64,000 nt of DNA from an uncultured delta proteobacterium (GCA_963847445.1 CAWJZV010000004.1:192001-256000); one strand, 5' to 3'. Shown: positions 9,914 through 22,327, numbered from the stretch's first letter. The notes: generated by a model from the sequence alone, not told the origin. Program-made: numbers and translations.

Positions 9914-11320
9914 ATGCGGGCTAGCAGAAACCTCAATTATCTGCTGTTGGCAATTGTTGGAATCTTCGGTTGCGCCAGCAGAGATCAGCAGTACTACAGC
10001 ACTGCAGCAACTTCAGCGCCGGCGCAGGTCGTCGGCGCGTTGCCCTTAGCTGCACACTCGACACCGACTCTTCAGCCTACCACGCCGCAAGTTCCTCAGC
10101 AGATTGAATCGCCCAAAGTAGTTGAAACCGTTTCCGTGCCGCCGATGCCGGCGCCGCAACCGGCGCCGGCTGCGCCAGTTGCCGAAGTCAAAAACGATCG
10201 CACCGAGGGCCGTGCGAAATCGACCCCAACGCACGCGCCAACAAATCACAGCGCTACGCTTAATCCGGTCAAAAACGACCAAGGGCTGCTGGAATTTTTA
10301 GATAAAGATATCGACAAGGCGGTTGAACAGCCCAAAGAACGGCGCCGGCTGCAATTTTCAAAAGAAGTCGTCGACAATCCGCGCGTGCGCCAGTTCGTCC
10401 GCCAGTACTCGGCGACCAACAAGGACTATTTTCAAACTCTGTTGGAGCGCTCCGGAAAATACATGCCGATCATCGCCAAAGTCTTGAGCGACGAAGGGCT
10501 GCCGGAAGAGTTGGCGTATCTCGCCCTACTCGAAAGCGAATTCCTGGTGAACACAACATCGCAATCTGGTGCGGTGGGACTCTGGCAATTCGTCCCGAGC
10601 ACGGCGCGCCAGTACGGCCTGCGCATCGACGATTGGGTCGACGAACGGCGCGACCCGGTGAAGTCCACCAGAGCCGCCGCCGCTTATCTAAAGGATCTGC
10701 ATCGCTACTACGGCCGTTGGTACCTGGTAACGGCGGCCTACAACGCCGGCCCGGCGATCATCGACAAAGCCCTGCAAACCAGCCGCGCGGCGGATTTTTG
10801 GGGTATCAAAGAAAAAGCTCAATTACGGCAGGAAACCCGCAACTTCGTGCCCAAGTTCGTCGCCATCGCGTTGATCGCCACCAATCCAAAAAAATACGGC
10901 TTTAATAATTTGCGCTACGAGGAGCCGCTGGAATTCGACGAGGTGGATGCCGAAGGTTTGCTCAAGATCGATACTGCAGCCGAAATGGCAGAAGCCGACT
11001 TAACGGCGATGAAAGAACTCAATCCGGCGCTGCTGCGCAACGTTACGCCGCCAGGGGCGCGTGGTTATCGTTTGCGCGTTCCGGCCGGCAAGGCCCTAGT
11101 ATTTGCCAAAGCCGGCGAATACCAGCGCAACAAGGAGCAGGAATCGGTTCGGGTGGTCACCCACGAGGTGACACGAGGCGATACTCTCGTATCCATCGCC
11201 GCGCGTTATGGCCAAGCCGTCAGCTCACTCATGGAACTTAACGGCTTGACCACGGCACGACTGCAAATCGGCCAGAAGCTTCGGGTAATTCTTGAAGGTA
11301 TCCGCGGTACGCTGCGCTAA
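9914..11320 (+). CDS. mltD: Lytic murein transglycosylase with LysM domain (MltD-like), lipoprotein
   Basis: Lipobox-like IFGC, LALLESE, GAVGLWQF, AAYNAG, ETRNFVPK and a C-terminal LysM domain. Confidence 0.85.
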   Translation: MRASRNLNYLLLAIVGIFGCASRDQQYYSTAATSAPAQVVGALPLAAHSTPTLQPTTPQVPQQIESPKVVETVSVPPMPAPQPAPAAPVAEVKNDRTEGRAKSTPTHAPTNHSATLNPVKNDQGLLEFLDKDIDKAVEQPKERRRLQFSKEVVDNPRVRQFVRQYSATNKDYFQTLLERSGKYMPIIAKVLSDEGLPEELAYLALLESEFLVNTTSQSGAVGLWQFVPSTARQYGLRIDDWVDERRDPVKSTRAAAAYLKDLHRYYGRWYLVTAAYNAGPAIIDKALQTSRAADFWGIKEKAQLRQETRNFVPKFVAIALIATNPKKYGFNNLRYEEPLEFDEVDAEGLLKIDTAAEMAEADLTAMKELNPALLRNVTPPGARGYRLRVPAGKALVFAKAGEYQRNKEQESVRVVTHEVTRGDTLVSIAARYGQAVSSLMELNGLTTARLQIGQKLRVILEGIRGTLR

Positions 11321-11323
11321 ACC

Positions 11324-12610
<1,287 letters not shown>

Positions 12611-12683
12611 TGGAATATACCTTTCACCACCGCTCTCACTTTAGCCTTTTATTAGACCATCGCCATGCGCCGGTCAACTGTGC

Positions 12684-13148
12684 TCACCGCGGCGCAGCAG
12701 AAATCGACCAGCGGAGCTTCCAACCCGCCGGGCAGCGAGCCACACAGGCGAGCGTCGCCGGCGCAAATTCGATCACCGCCCGCTCGGCGTCGCCGGTAGT
12801 TAGTAAACCGGCGAGCCGGCCAAGGTACGGCAAGTGACTCACCAGCATTAGCGGGCGGTTCGCCGCTTCCAGCTCAGCCCTGGCAATATTTGGATCGTCG
12901 TCAGGGCATAGCCCGCCGAGTTCGCGCACGCCCTCTGCAGGCGCCAGTACCGCGGCGACCAGTTCAGCAGTCTGTTGCGCCCGCAAGATACCGGAATGGT
13001 AGATCCAAGCGACCGCCACACCGCGAGCGCTGGCGCGTTGCGCCAACGCGTTCACTTCGGCGCGCCCTCTTTGCGACAGCGAACGTCGGCCGTCGGGAGT
13101 TCCAGACAGCGCCTCGCCGTGGCGCATCAGATAACAGTCCACCGCCAA
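12684..13148 (-). CDS. sixA: Phosphohistidine phosphatase SixA
   Basis: YLMRHGEA, RAQQTA and LVSHLP motifs. Confidence 0.88.
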   Translation of the reverse strand: MAVDCYLMRHGEALSGTPDGRRSLSQRGRAEVNALAQRASARGVAVAWIYHSGILRAQQTAELVAAVLAPAEGVRELGGLCPDDDPNIARAELEAANRPLMLVSHLPYLGRLAGLLTTGDAERAVIEFAPATLACVARCPAGWKLRWSISAAPR

Positions 13149-13324
13149 CTAAGTCCTCTCTGCTCAGTTCCCCATAACGTCAAAAATTGTTTTGCGGATT
13201 GGTCTTTGCAACTATATGACCGCAGATCGGCGCAAGCGCCAATTATTCTTGCAAAAAGTCGTTGTTGATATAGTATGCCGACCAGCGTTTTGCAATCAAA
13301 TCGATTCTCCAAGTCTGCATAACC

Positions 13325-14053
13325 GTGATCGAATTTAGCAAGGTCAACAAATGGTTCGGCGCGCTCCATGTGCTGAGCGACATCGACCTCAGCATCGCTG
13401 CCGGGAACGTGGTGGTGGTCTGCGGCCCGAGCGGCAGCGGCAAAAGCACTCTGATCCGTTGCATCAATCGCCTCGAAACCATCCAATCCGGCGAGATCAT
13501 CGTCGACGGAATATCATTGTCGGACCCCAAGATCGACGCCGCCAAGCTGCGCGCCAACGTCGGCATGGTGTTCCAATCATTCAATCTCTATCCGCACATG
13601 ACGGTGTTGCAAAATATCACCCTGGCGCCGGTCAAAGTTAGAAACGTCGCCGCCGCCGATGCCGAAAAAACCGCCAATCAATTGCTGGAGCGCGTCGGCA
13701 TTCCCGACAAAGCCGATGTCTATCCGGCAAATCTTTCCGGTGGCCAGCAGCAGCGCGTCGCCATCGCCCGCGCGCTAGCGATGAAGCCCAAGGTCATGCT
13801 CTTCGACGAGCCGACCTCGGCCCTCGATCCCGAAATGATCAACGAAGTGCTGGAAGTCATGACCGACCTGGCCAAGGACGGCATGACCATGGTGGTGGTC
13901 ACTCACGAAATGGGCTTTGCCCGGCGCGTCGCCCATCGGGTCGTCTTCATGGATCAGGGTAAGATCGTCGAGACCGCCGAACCGGAAACCTTTTTCGCCG
14001 AGCCGCAATCGGTCCGAGCGCAACAGTTCTTAAGCAAAATACTTTCACACTGA
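13325..14053 (+). CDS. Polar amino acid ABC transporter ATP-binding protein (GlnQ/GltL-like)
   Basis: [18 protein letters not shown] and [11 protein letters not shown] motifs. Confidence 0.95.
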   Translation: MIEFSKVNKWFGALHVLSDIDLSIAAGNVVVVCGPSGSGKSTLIRCINRLETIQSGEIIVDGISLSDPKIDAAKLRANVGMVFQSFNLYPHMTVLQNITLAPVKVRNVAAADAEKTANQLLERVGIPDKADVYPANLSGGQQQRVAIARALAMKPKVMLFDEPTSALDPEMINEVLEVMTDLAKDGMTMVVVTHEMGFARRVAHRVVFMDQGKIVETAEPETFFAEPQSVRAQQFLSKILSH

Positions 14054-14064
14054 GGAGCAAATTT

Positions 14065-14922
14065 ATGAAACGATCGTTAGCAATCCTAGCCCTCGCATAC
14101 GTTCTCATAGCCCTGACTGACGCGGGCCACGCGCAAAACACCTTGGAGAAAATCGACAAGAGCGGCACACTGACCATCGGCACGCGCAACGGCTCACCGC
14201 CGTTCGCTTATATCAACAAAAACAATGACTGGGTTGGTTTTTCCATCGATCTCGTCGAGCATGCGATTCTACCGGCGTTGAACAAAAAGCTTAACAAACA
14301 AATCAAGCTGGAAAAAAAGGAGTCGGCGCCAGCGACGCGCATTCCCCTGCTCACCTCCAACGCCGTCGATCTGATCGCCGAGACCATGACCGACACCCAG
14401 TCGCGGCGCGACCAAGTCGACTTCAGTTTGACCTTCTTCGTCACCGGCGCGCAATTCCTCGTGCGCAAAGGCAGCCCGGTGAAGAACATCGAAAGCATCG
14501 CCGGCAAACGGATCGCCGCCCAGCAAGGCTCGACCAACGCCAAAATAATTCGCGAGCGCGTGCCCAGCGCCAAGCTGGTGGAATTCCCCGACCAGCCCGC
14601 CGCATTCCAAGCGCTGTCCCAGCGCCAAGTCGATGCCTACACCAACGACGGCATTCAGCTCGCCGGGTTGAAAGCCAAGGCGCCCAAACCAGATGACTGG
14701 GCGGTGGCCGGCGAGTTTTTTTCCTACGAGCCCTACGGCATGGCGATGCGCAAGAACGATTCGGACTTTCGCCAAGTCGTCAACGTCGGCCTAATGGATG
14801 CGATCGCTTCCGGCCGATACGCGGAAATTTACGAAAAATGGTTCGGCGCCAAAGGCGAAGTCCCCTACCCGCTGACGCCGGAAAACAAACGCTTCTTACA
14901 GCTTCAAGTCGTGCCCAAATAA
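14065..14922 (+). CDS. Amino acid ABC transporter substrate-binding protein (GltI-like)
   Basis: Signal peptide, SPPFAY, RIPLL, VDFS and EPYGMAMRKND motifs. Confidence 0.9.
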   Translation: MKRSLAILALAYVLIALTDAGHAQNTLEKIDKSGTLTIGTRNGSPPFAYINKNNDWVGFSIDLVEHAILPALNKKLNKQIKLEKKESAPATRIPLLTSNAVDLIAETMTDTQSRRDQVDFSLTFFVTGAQFLVRKGSPVKNIESIAGKRIAAQQGSTNAKIIRERVPSAKLVEFPDQPAAFQALSQRQVDAYTNDGIQLAGLKAKAPKPDDWAVAGEFFSYEPYGMAMRKNDSDFRQVVNVGLMDAIASGRYAEIYEKWFGAKGEVPYPLTPENKRFLQLQVVPK

Positions 14923-14928
14923 AATACC

Positions 14929-15010
14929 GGAGTGCTGGAGTACTGGAGTGCTGGTCTTAAAACCCAATACTCCATCACTCCATTACTGCAATTCTCCAGT
15001 TCTCCATCCC
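14929..15010. repeat. Inverted tandem 8-mer repeats (GGAGTRCT)n ... (ACTCCAT)n
   Basis: GGAGTGCTGGAGTACTGGAGTGCTGG followed by CCAATACTCCATCACTCCATTACTGC, between gltI and the permease. Confidence 0.75.
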
Positions 15011-15012
15011 CA

Positions 15013-15738
15013 ATGTCCTACAATTTCAACTGGAGCGTGCTGTGGACCGGCCAGTCGGGCAGCTGGCTGATTCAGGGCGTTCTCACCACACTGCATATTT
15101 TCGCTCTCGGACTGCTGATTGCACTCGCTCTCGGAATCGTTGCCGGCGCGTTACGGACCATGCCGTTTGCGCCGCTGCGCTGGCTCGCCAGCGGCTATGT
15201 CGAATTTTTTCGCAACGTGCCGCTATTGGTCTGGATGTTTTTCTGGTATTTCGGCGTGCCGCCTTTGTTGCCGCAGGCGATTCAGAACTGGCTCTTCGAT
15301 CACGGCGTGGAATTCTGGGCCGGAGTCTTCGCGATCGGTGTCTACCACGGCGCGCGCTTTTCTGAAGTCATCCGCGCCGGCATTCAATCGATTCCCAAGA
15401 CCCAGTTAGAAGCCGCCCTGTCCACCGGACTGACCATCGGTCAAGCCTATCGATTGATCATCGTGCCCATCGCCCTGCGCTTGATCATCCCGCCGGCAAC
15501 CAATGAAATTGTCAACCTGCTCAAGAACTCCTCGGTGGCATTGACCATCGGCGTCGCCGAGCTGACCTTTCAAACCCGCCAGATTGAAACCTACACAGCC
15601 AGGGCCTTCGAAGCGTTGGCCGCCGGCACGATCATATATTTAATCCTCTGTCTCGCCATCGCTTCGATCATGGCCGGCGTCGAGCGGCGCGTCGCTATCC
15701 CCGGCATGATCGCCCAAGGACAGACCGGAGCGTCCTAA
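15013..15738 (+). CDS. Amino acid ABC transporter permease
   Basis: YVEFFRNVPLLV, EVIRAGIQSIP and LLKNSS motifs. Confidence 0.92.
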   Translation: MSYNFNWSVLWTGQSGSWLIQGVLTTLHIFALGLLIALALGIVAGALRTMPFAPLRWLASGYVEFFRNVPLLVWMFFWYFGVPPLLPQAIQNWLFDHGVEFWAGVFAIGVYHGARFSEVIRAGIQSIPKTQLEAALSTGLTIGQAYRLIIVPIALRLIIPPATNEIVNLLKNSSVALTIGVAELTFQTRQIETYTARAFEALAAGTIIYLILCLAIASIMAGVERRVAIPGMIAQGQTGAS

Positions 15739-15739
15739 A

Positions 15740-16414
15740 ATGGATTTCTCGGTCGTCACCGACAACTTCGTCTTTCTGATCGCCCAAGGATTTCTCGGTA
15801 TCGGCGCCTTCACCGGCGGGACGTTGCGGCTGGCCGTTCCGGCGATCGTCCTAGGTTTTATTCTCGGCACCCTGGTTGGCCTGGCGCGCCTGTCACAAAG
15901 CCGCTGGCTGCACTGGCCGGCGAAAGTTTATATCGAGTTCTTCCGCGGCGTGCCGCTGGTCATGGTGATCTTTTGGTTCTGGTTCATCGTCCCGACCTTG
16001 GCTGGGAAATCTCTGCCGGAGTACGCGGTGGCACTGACCGCCTTTGTGATTTTCGAAGCCGCCTACCTGGCGGAAATCGTCCGCGCCGGCATCCAATCGG
16101 TGCCACGCGGCCAAGTCGAAGCCGCCACCGCCACCGGCCTCTCGCAGCATCAACTGATGCGCCATGTCATCCTGCCTCAAGCCCTGCGCAACATGATCCC
16201 CGCCCTGGTGACCCAATTCATCGTTCTGTTGAAAGACACATCCCTGGCATCGATCATCGGCTATGTCGACCTCACCAAAGCCGCCCAGATCGTCAACAAT
16301 CGCGAGATCCGCCCCTTCGAACTCTATCTCTTCATCGCCATTGTCTATTGGCTATGCAGCTACGCCATGTCGCGCTACGCGCAACGCTTAGAATCGCGGC
16401 TGGCGTCGCACTAG
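15740..16414 (+). CDS. Amino acid ABC transporter permease
   Basis: FFRGVPL, EIVRAGIQSVPRGQVEAA and LLKDTSL motifs. Confidence 0.92.
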   Translation: MDFSVVTDNFVFLIAQGFLGIGAFTGGTLRLAVPAIVLGFILGTLVGLARLSQSRWLHWPAKVYIEFFRGVPLVMVIFWFWFIVPTLAGKSLPEYAVALTAFVIFEAAYLAEIVRAGIQSVPRGQVEAATATGLSQHQLMRHVILPQALRNMIPALVTQFIVLLKDTSLASIIGYVDLTKAAQIVNNREIRPFELYLFIAIVYWLCSYAMSRYAQRLESRLASH

Positions 16415-16641
16415 AGCCTGCTAGGCATTCGCTCATCGTGCTTTCTCGTTATGGATCGCGACAAATGTTTTCAATGGTGATGATCACACGAATGCACTAC
16501 AATCATCGGTTGGCGCTTCGCTAACGGAGAGGGTCCACGGCTGATAGACTCGCCGGTCACGCCCCAATTGGCATCGCTTACATAGCCAGGCTGTAAACCG
16601 ATCATCGCTCCAACGGAATTATCGCGAGAGAGGGAAATGCA

Positions 16642-17599
16642 TTGAAAGCTATCAAATTAACGAGTGCTGCGGTATTTACCGCGTTCGCCTGTTTCGCCTA
16701 CATGTACCTAAACGATTTACCGAGACTCGCTCTCGTGTACCGGTGCTGGCGACAAGCGGTAAACATTTCAGCGTGCTATGGCGAGAAAAGTTTTGATTTC
16801 ACCGCTGATCTTAACGGCGTCCGTTACCAAGGAAACACCGGCAATCTTATCGACAAGAACATCTTTTATTATGGGGCTTTCGAAAAGCCGGTGTTATTTT
16901 TCCTGCGGGACATTATGACATCGGCGTATTCTGACCAAGGGGTCTTTCTCGATATCGGCGCCAACACCGGACAACATTCCCTCTTCATGTCCCGCCATGC
17001 TAAAGAAATCCACGCATTCGAGCCATGGGAGCCTGTGTTAAAAAGACTACGCCGGCACGTTGAAATCAATCGTCTCAAAAACGTCGTGATTCACCCGTTT
17101 GGACTAGGAGATAAAAACTCCAGGCAGCTGTTTTATCGTCCCCCGGACTCTAATCTAGGCACGGGCTCGTTCGTTAAAGAATTCGCCTCGACAAACTCAC
17201 CGGAAAGCATTTTAGAAATTCGCGTCGGCGACGAGGTGCTTGAAACGGCGGGCGTCACCTCGGTGGCCCTGATCAAGATGGACATCGAGGGTTACGAAAA
17301 ACTGGCTCTCAAGGGGCTAGAGCGCACCTCTGCGCAGACACCGACCGATTGTCGAATTTGAACTTTCCTCAGATCCTCAGAGTCCGGTTAGCGTTAAGAG
17401 CCCCGAAGAGCTTCGATCTCTGTTTCCGGAGAACTATGAATTCCTGACATTCGCTGCGCACAGCAACCCAACCACTGGAGTCTATGTTTTGGAGCCCATC
17501 GCCGGATTGCTAAGGTTTGATAAGTTCGAGCAGCATGACATCGTTGCCTACCCGATCGAAAAGAAAAACTTCATAGTGCGCCAGCGAACCACCCTCTAA
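16642..17599 (+). CDS. FkbM family methyltransferase, frameshift near 17330
   Basis: FLDIGANTG, HAFEP and LIKMDIEGYE; continues as RPIVEFE...* in another frame. Confidence 0.82.
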
Positions 17600-17683
17600 C
17601 CCGTCTCATCGCCGAGGCCTACTAGGGCTAAAGACCGACCGCGCAACGAAGAATTAACTTGACGAATTCTCGCGCCTTGCAGT

Positions 17684-18658
17684 ATGGCTCCGGAAGTTAA
17701 TAAGCCATGCTCTTCCTCAAGAACACCCCCATCGATCGAGATTCTCTCGATGGCTGAAATGATCGACGTCATCGAGGACACCTTGAAAGAGGCCGCCTCT
17801 GGGCGCGGCTTTGAGCTGCCTAGGCGGCGCATTCACCATCCCAATCGGATGATTTTCGGCATCCTGCCCGGCTCGGTTCACGGCGCCATGGGCGCTTATA
17901 TCCAAACGGACTTAGACCGCAAGATTCACCACGAAAATGTCATGATCTTCAGCGCCGAGAGCGGCGCGCCGCTGATCCTGTTTCAGGACTGCTCGATCAA
18001 CGAATACCGTACCGGCGCTGCCGGCGGCCTCGGCGCGAAATATCTGGCGCGCGCTGACGCCACCCGGGTCGCGGTTTTGGGTAGCTCGGTGCATGCCGAG
18101 ACTCAACTCAAGGCCGTCGCCGCCGTCAGAAAATTGACGGAAGCCTGGGTTTTTAGCCCGACGTCCGAGCGGCGCGCGGCTTTTGCCGTCAAAATGGGCC
18201 GCGAATTAAAAATTCCACTCCACGTTGCCGAAAGCGCTGAAGAAGCGCTGGAAAGTGCCGATGTGCTGATTACAGCGACGAATTCACCGACGCCGGTCTT
18301 CGACGGCAGCAGTTTAAAGGAAGGCATGCATATTACCTCCATCGCCAACGGCGATAAGACGCGCAGGCGCCAGGAGCTCGATGACCGGGTCCTGTGCCGG
18401 GCCGAGACGATATTCGTGACCTCCAAGGAGACGGTCTGCGTCAACGAAAGCGATATTTTCCGCGCCGTGCGCGATCAAGTAATCGCTTGGGACAAAGTCC
18501 ACGAAATCTCGAGCCTGTTGCTCGGCCAAGTGGCGGGCCGTAGCGACGATCGGCAAATCACTCTATTCAAACTGCAGGGAACCGGCATCATGGACGTCGC
18601 CATCGGGCTCAAAGCCTACGAACGGGTCAAGCATAGCGGGCTAGCACAAGTACTTTGA
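17684..18658 (+). CDS. Ornithine cyclodeaminase/mu-crystallin family protein
   Basis: RTGAAGGLGAKYLAR, DVLITATNS and ITLFKLQG; the true start may be ATG 17707 with a frameshift. Confidence 0.85.
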   Translation: MAPEVNKPCSSSRTPPSIEILSMAEMIDVIEDTLKEAASGRGFELPRRRIHHPNRMIFGILPGSVHGAMGAYIQTDLDRKIHHENVMIFSAESGAPLILFQDCSINEYRTGAAGGLGAKYLARADATRVAVLGSSVHAETQLKAVAAVRKLTEAWVFSPTSERRAAFAVKMGRELKIPLHVAESAEEALESADVLITATNSPTPVFDGSSLKEGMHITSIANGDKTRRRQELDDRVLCRAETIFVTSKETVCVNESDIFRAVRDQVIAWDKVHEISSLLLGQVAGRSDDRQITLFKLQGTGIMDVAIGLKAYERVKHSGLAQVL

Positions 18659-18684
18659 CGACACGACAACGCTGAGGCAATCCA

Positions 18685-20097
18685 ATGGCACACTATGACA
18701 TGCTGGTGATCGGCTCCGGCCCGGCCGGCCAGAAGGCCGCGATCCAGGCCGCTAAAGTCGGCAAAAAAGTCGCCATCGTCGAACGCAAAAAAGTCGTCGG
18801 CGGCATCTGCATCAACTCCGGCACGATCCCGAGCAAATCGCTGCGCGAAGCGGTGCTGTTCCTTTCCGGATTCAGACAGCGCAACCTTTACGGCGCCAGC
18901 TACCGGGTCAAAAAAGATATCACTTTCGAGGACCTCGCCCAGCGCTGCGACCATGTCGTCAAAGCCGAGCAAGAAGTGATTCAAAGTCAACTGATCCGCA
19001 ACTCGGTGGATTTTATCGTCGGCGCCGCATCCTTCCTCGATCCGCACCGAATACAGATCAAACACGAATGCGAAACCAACGAACACACGGCGGACTACGT
19101 GGTCATCGGCGTCGGCACCGAGCCGGCGCGCCCCGCGGATATTCCCTTCGACGACGATTTGATCATCGACAGCGATGGCCTGTTATCGTTGAAACGGCTG
19201 CCGAAGTCCTTAACCATCGTCGGCGCCGGCGTTATCGGCTGCGAGTATGCCTGCATCCTGGCAACTCTGGGGATTCCCGTGGTGCTGGTCGAGAAACGGC
19301 CACGCCTGCTCGAATTCGTCGATAGCGAGATTATCGAATCGTTGCAATATCAGATGCGCAACATCGGCATCACACTGCGGCTCAATGAAGAAGTCATTGG
19401 CGTGAGCAAGGGGGCCGACAACGTCATCGTGCTGCAACTGAAGAGCGGCAAACAGATTCGCTCGCCCCTGCTGGTCTATTCAGCGGGCCGCATCGGCGCC
19501 ACCAAGAACCTCGGCCTGGAAAAGCTCGGCGTGGAAGCTGACGAGCGCGGCCGCTTGAAAGTCAACGAGAACTTTCAGACAACCCTGAGTCATATCTATG
19601 CGGTCGGCGACGTCGTTGGCTTTCCGGCCTTGGCGTCAACCTCGATGCAGCAAGGCCGCCACGCCGCCTGCCACGCTTTCAGCCTCGCCTGCGACACCTC
19701 GACCCACTTGCTGCCCTACGGCATCTACGCAATTCCAGAGATCTCCATGGTCGGCCGCAACGAAGAGGAACTCACCCGCGACGGCGTGCCCTATGAGATC
19801 GGCGTCGCCCGCTACCGCGAGATCGCCCGCGGCCAGATCATCGGCGACACCGTCGGCATGCTCAAGTTGCTGGTTCACACCGAGACCAGGGAACTATTGG
19901 GCGTCCATGTGATCGGCGAAGGCGCCACCGAGCTGATCCACATCGGCCAGGCCGTCATGGCCCTGGGCGGCAAACTCGAATATTTTGTCGACACGGTTTT
20001 CAACTATCCGACCTTGGCCGAGTGCTACAAGGTCGCCGCGCTGGCGGCGATGAATAAGCTCCCGGCCAACGGCGCATGCAGCGTGTTACCGCATTGA
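18685..20097 (+). CDS. sthA: Soluble (Si-specific) pyridine nucleotide transhydrogenase
   Basis: GSGPAGQKAA, GGICINSGTIPSK (no redox CxxxxC), GFPALASTSM and FNYPTLAECYK motifs. Confidence 0.93.
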   Translation: MAHYDMLVIGSGPAGQKAAIQAAKVGKKVAIVERKKVVGGICINSGTIPSKSLREAVLFLSGFRQRNLYGASYRVKKDITFEDLAQRCDHVVKAEQEVIQSQLIRNSVDFIVGAASFLDPHRIQIKHECETNEHTADYVVIGVGTEPARPADIPFDDDLIIDSDGLLSLKRLPKSLTIVGAGVIGCEYACILATLGIPVVLVEKRPRLLEFVDSEIIESLQYQMRNIGITLRLNEEVIGVSKGADNVIVLQLKSGKQIRSPLLVYSAGRIGATKNLGLEKLGVEADERGRLKVNENFQTTLSHIYAVGDVVGFPALASTSMQQGRHAACHAFSLACDTSTHLLPYGIYAIPEISMVGRNEEELTRDGVPYEIGVARYREIARGQIIGDTVGMLKLLVHTETRELLGVHVIGEGATELIHIGQAVMALGGKLEYFVDTVFNYPTLAECYKVAALAAMNKLPANGACSVLPH

Positions 20098-20128
20098 GAC
20101 TGGCTCGCTGAGATTCAAAAGCCGGGCC

Positions 20129-20527
20129 TCAACCCATCGTCGATATTTTCTGCGGACGGATCTTATAAATCACCCGCACTTCCCCGGGAGCGCGAAACGG
20201 GTAGCTATCTTTGCCCAGGTAATGTTTGGCCAAGGCATCGATATGGGCGTCGGCGCCGCTTTCAGTGATCTCCTCGACTTCGCCTTGAATCGCCAGATAG
20301 CGATAGGCGTTGTCGGGATCTTGGATCGACAGAGCGACTTGCTTGTTGCGCCGCATGTTCTTGTCCTTGAGCCGGCCCTTCGCCGAGTTGACCCAGATAT
20401 GCGTGCCGTCGTAGCTGTACCACACCGGCGTTACCTGCGGGCTGCCGTCCGCCATCACGGTACCGAGGTGAGCGAAAGTGACTTTTGTAAACAAATCTTT
20501 AAAAGGTTCAGGGATCGTCGCGGCCAT
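20129..20527 (-). CDS. PPOX class probable F420-dependent oxidoreductase
   Basis: DGSPQVTPVW, KDKNMRRN and HIDALAKHY motifs. Confidence 0.85.
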   Translation of the reverse strand: MAATIPEPFKDLFTKVTFAHLGTVMADGSPQVTPVWYSYDGTHIWVNSAKGRLKDKNMRRNKQVALSIQDPDNAYRYLAIQGEVEEITESGADAHIDALAKHYLGKDSYPFRAPGEVRVIYKIRPQKISTMG

Positions 20528-20559
20528 GACCTACCTCCAGTTTCGGTTTATAAAGAAAT

Positions 20560-21207
20560 TCAGCAAAAATAATCGGACAAAGCAACGAGACTGTCGATGG
20601 TGAATTCTGGGCGCGCAGCGCGCAGCGCGTCTTGGTTGCCCAAGCCATAGGTCACGCCGCAGGTGATCACACCGGCGCGCTTGCCGGCTTCGATATCGGT
20701 ATCGCCGTCGCCGACAATCAACGCGTTGGCGGGCGCGATGTGAAACTGCTGCAAAACCGACTGCAACATCGCCGGATGAGGTTTTTTCTCGGCGACACTA
20801 TCGCCGCCCAGGATCGCATCGAACTCCGCCGCCACGCCTAACCCTTGCACCACGGCCACCGTGAGCCGGTGTATCTTGTTGCTCACCACGGCGCGCCGCT
20901 TGCCGCGAAAGTAACGTAAAACTTCCGCCACTCCGGGATAAAGCACGGTGCGATCGAGCAGGTGACTTTCATACCGTTCGAGAAACACCTGCATGATTGC
21001 GCGAAAGTTCGCCTCCCCAGCGTCGGGTAGGGAATGCTTGAGCAAATGCTCCACGCCGCGGCCGACGTTGGCGTACACCGCCGGCGCCGGCAACGGCGGC
21101 AGGTTAAAATGCCCGCGCGTAAAATTAACCGAGTCGGCCAGGTCATGGCCGGTATCGGCCAGGGTGCCGTCGAGGTCGAACATCACCAGATCAACGGATT
21201 TTTTCAT
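20560..21207 (-). CDS. gph: HAD hydrolase, phosphoglycolate phosphatase-like
   Basis: FDLDGTL, SNK, KKPHP and VGDGDTDI motifs. Confidence 0.8.
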   Translation of the reverse strand: MKKSVDLVMFDLDGTLADTGHDLADSVNFTRGHFNLPPLPAPAVYANVGRGVEHLLKHSLPDAGEANFRAIMQVFLERYESHLLDRTVLYPGVAEVLRYFRGKRRAVVSNKIHRLTVAVVQGLGVAAEFDAILGGDSVAEKKPHPAMLQSVLQQFHIAPANALIVGDGDTDIEAGKRAGVITCGVTYGLGNQDALRAARPEFTIDSLVALSDYFC

Positions 21208-21323
21208 CAGGGCCGATTGAAATTGAATCTGGCCGCGAAGTCAACGTGCCAGCCTTTGTTTCAACCTACCAGTTGTTGTACTGTTGTCAGGGGCGATCCC
21301 ACCATCGGTTTTGGAGGTCCGGA

Positions 21324-22322
21324 ATGAAACATGTTTCGCAAATTTTTGCCCTTTGGAGCGTCATCACCGTAATCCAATTTGCCGCGCAAACTAGCTTTGC
21401 TGCGGACAAGCTCAACACCGCATATATCTCGACCACGCCGGGAACATCGACGGTGATCCAGGTCGCCAAGGAAGCTCGCCTGTTCGACAAACATGGCATC
21501 GACGCCACCGTTATTTTCATTTCCGGCAGCGTGCGCGGCATCCAGTCAATTCTCGCAGGAGAAATTCCCATCGGCGAAGGCGGCGGCCCCGGTCTGGCCA
21601 GCGCGCGGCTCGCCGGCGGCGATGTCGTCGCCATCGCCGGCAACGTCAACGTGTTGCCCTATTATTTAGTTTCCCATCCGAGCATCAAACGGCATGAAGA
21701 TTTGAAAGGTAAGATCGGCGGCACTCATATCGCCGGCACCACCGCCGAGTTCGCCTTGAAAGTGGGGCTGAAACGCATCGGTCTCGACCCGCTCAAAGAT
21801 GTCAGCTTGCGCGTCATCGGCGGCGCCATCGAGCGCATGGTGGCGCTGCAAAAAGGCATCGTCCAGTTCACCGTGGTTACCGAAGCCGGCAAATCTCAGG
21901 CCGAGAGACTCGGCTATCCGACGGTGGTCGACATGGTCACCCTGCAAATCCCCTTTCCGCAGAACGGCATTTATACATCGACAAAGCTGATCCGCGAAAA
22001 CCCCGACCTGGTGCGCCGCTACATGCGCGCCTACGTCGAGGCGCTGCACTTCTATAAAACCCATAAGGAAGACACCTTGAAGTTCATGCGCAAATACTCT
22101 CGCATCGATGACCGCCGCATGCTCGATGAAGCGTGGGATTGGCACGCCAAGTTCATGCCCGAAGCGCCCTACCCGCCCGCCGACGGCTATCAACTGGTGC
22201 TGCAAGATTTAGCCGAGAAGAATCCCAAAGCCGCCCAGGCCAACGTGAAAGATTACATCGACACGCGCTTTGTGAAGGAACTGGAAGACTCGGGGTTTAT
22301 TAAAAGCCTTTATCGTCGATAA
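21324..22322 (+). CDS. NMT1/SsuA-like ABC solute-binding protein
   Basis: Signal peptide, LFDKHGID, DLKGK and DTRFVKELEDSGFI; RBS GGAGG. Confidence 0.85.
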   Translation: MKHVSQIFALWSVITVIQFAAQTSFAADKLNTAYISTTPGTSTVIQVAKEARLFDKHGIDATVIFISGSVRGIQSILAGEIPIGEGGGPGLASARLAGGDVVAIAGNVNVLPYYLVSHPSIKRHEDLKGKIGGTHIAGTTAEFALKVGLKRIGLDPLKDVSLRVIGGAIERMVALQKGIVQFTVVTEAGKSQAERLGYPTVVDMVTLQIPFPQNGIYTSTKLIRENPDLVRRYMRAYVEALHFYKTHKEDTLKFMRKYSRIDDRRMLDEAWDWHAKFMPEAPYPPADGYQLVLQDLAEKNPKAAQANVKDYIDTRFVKELEDSGFIKSLYRR

Positions 22323-22327
22323 AGGCT

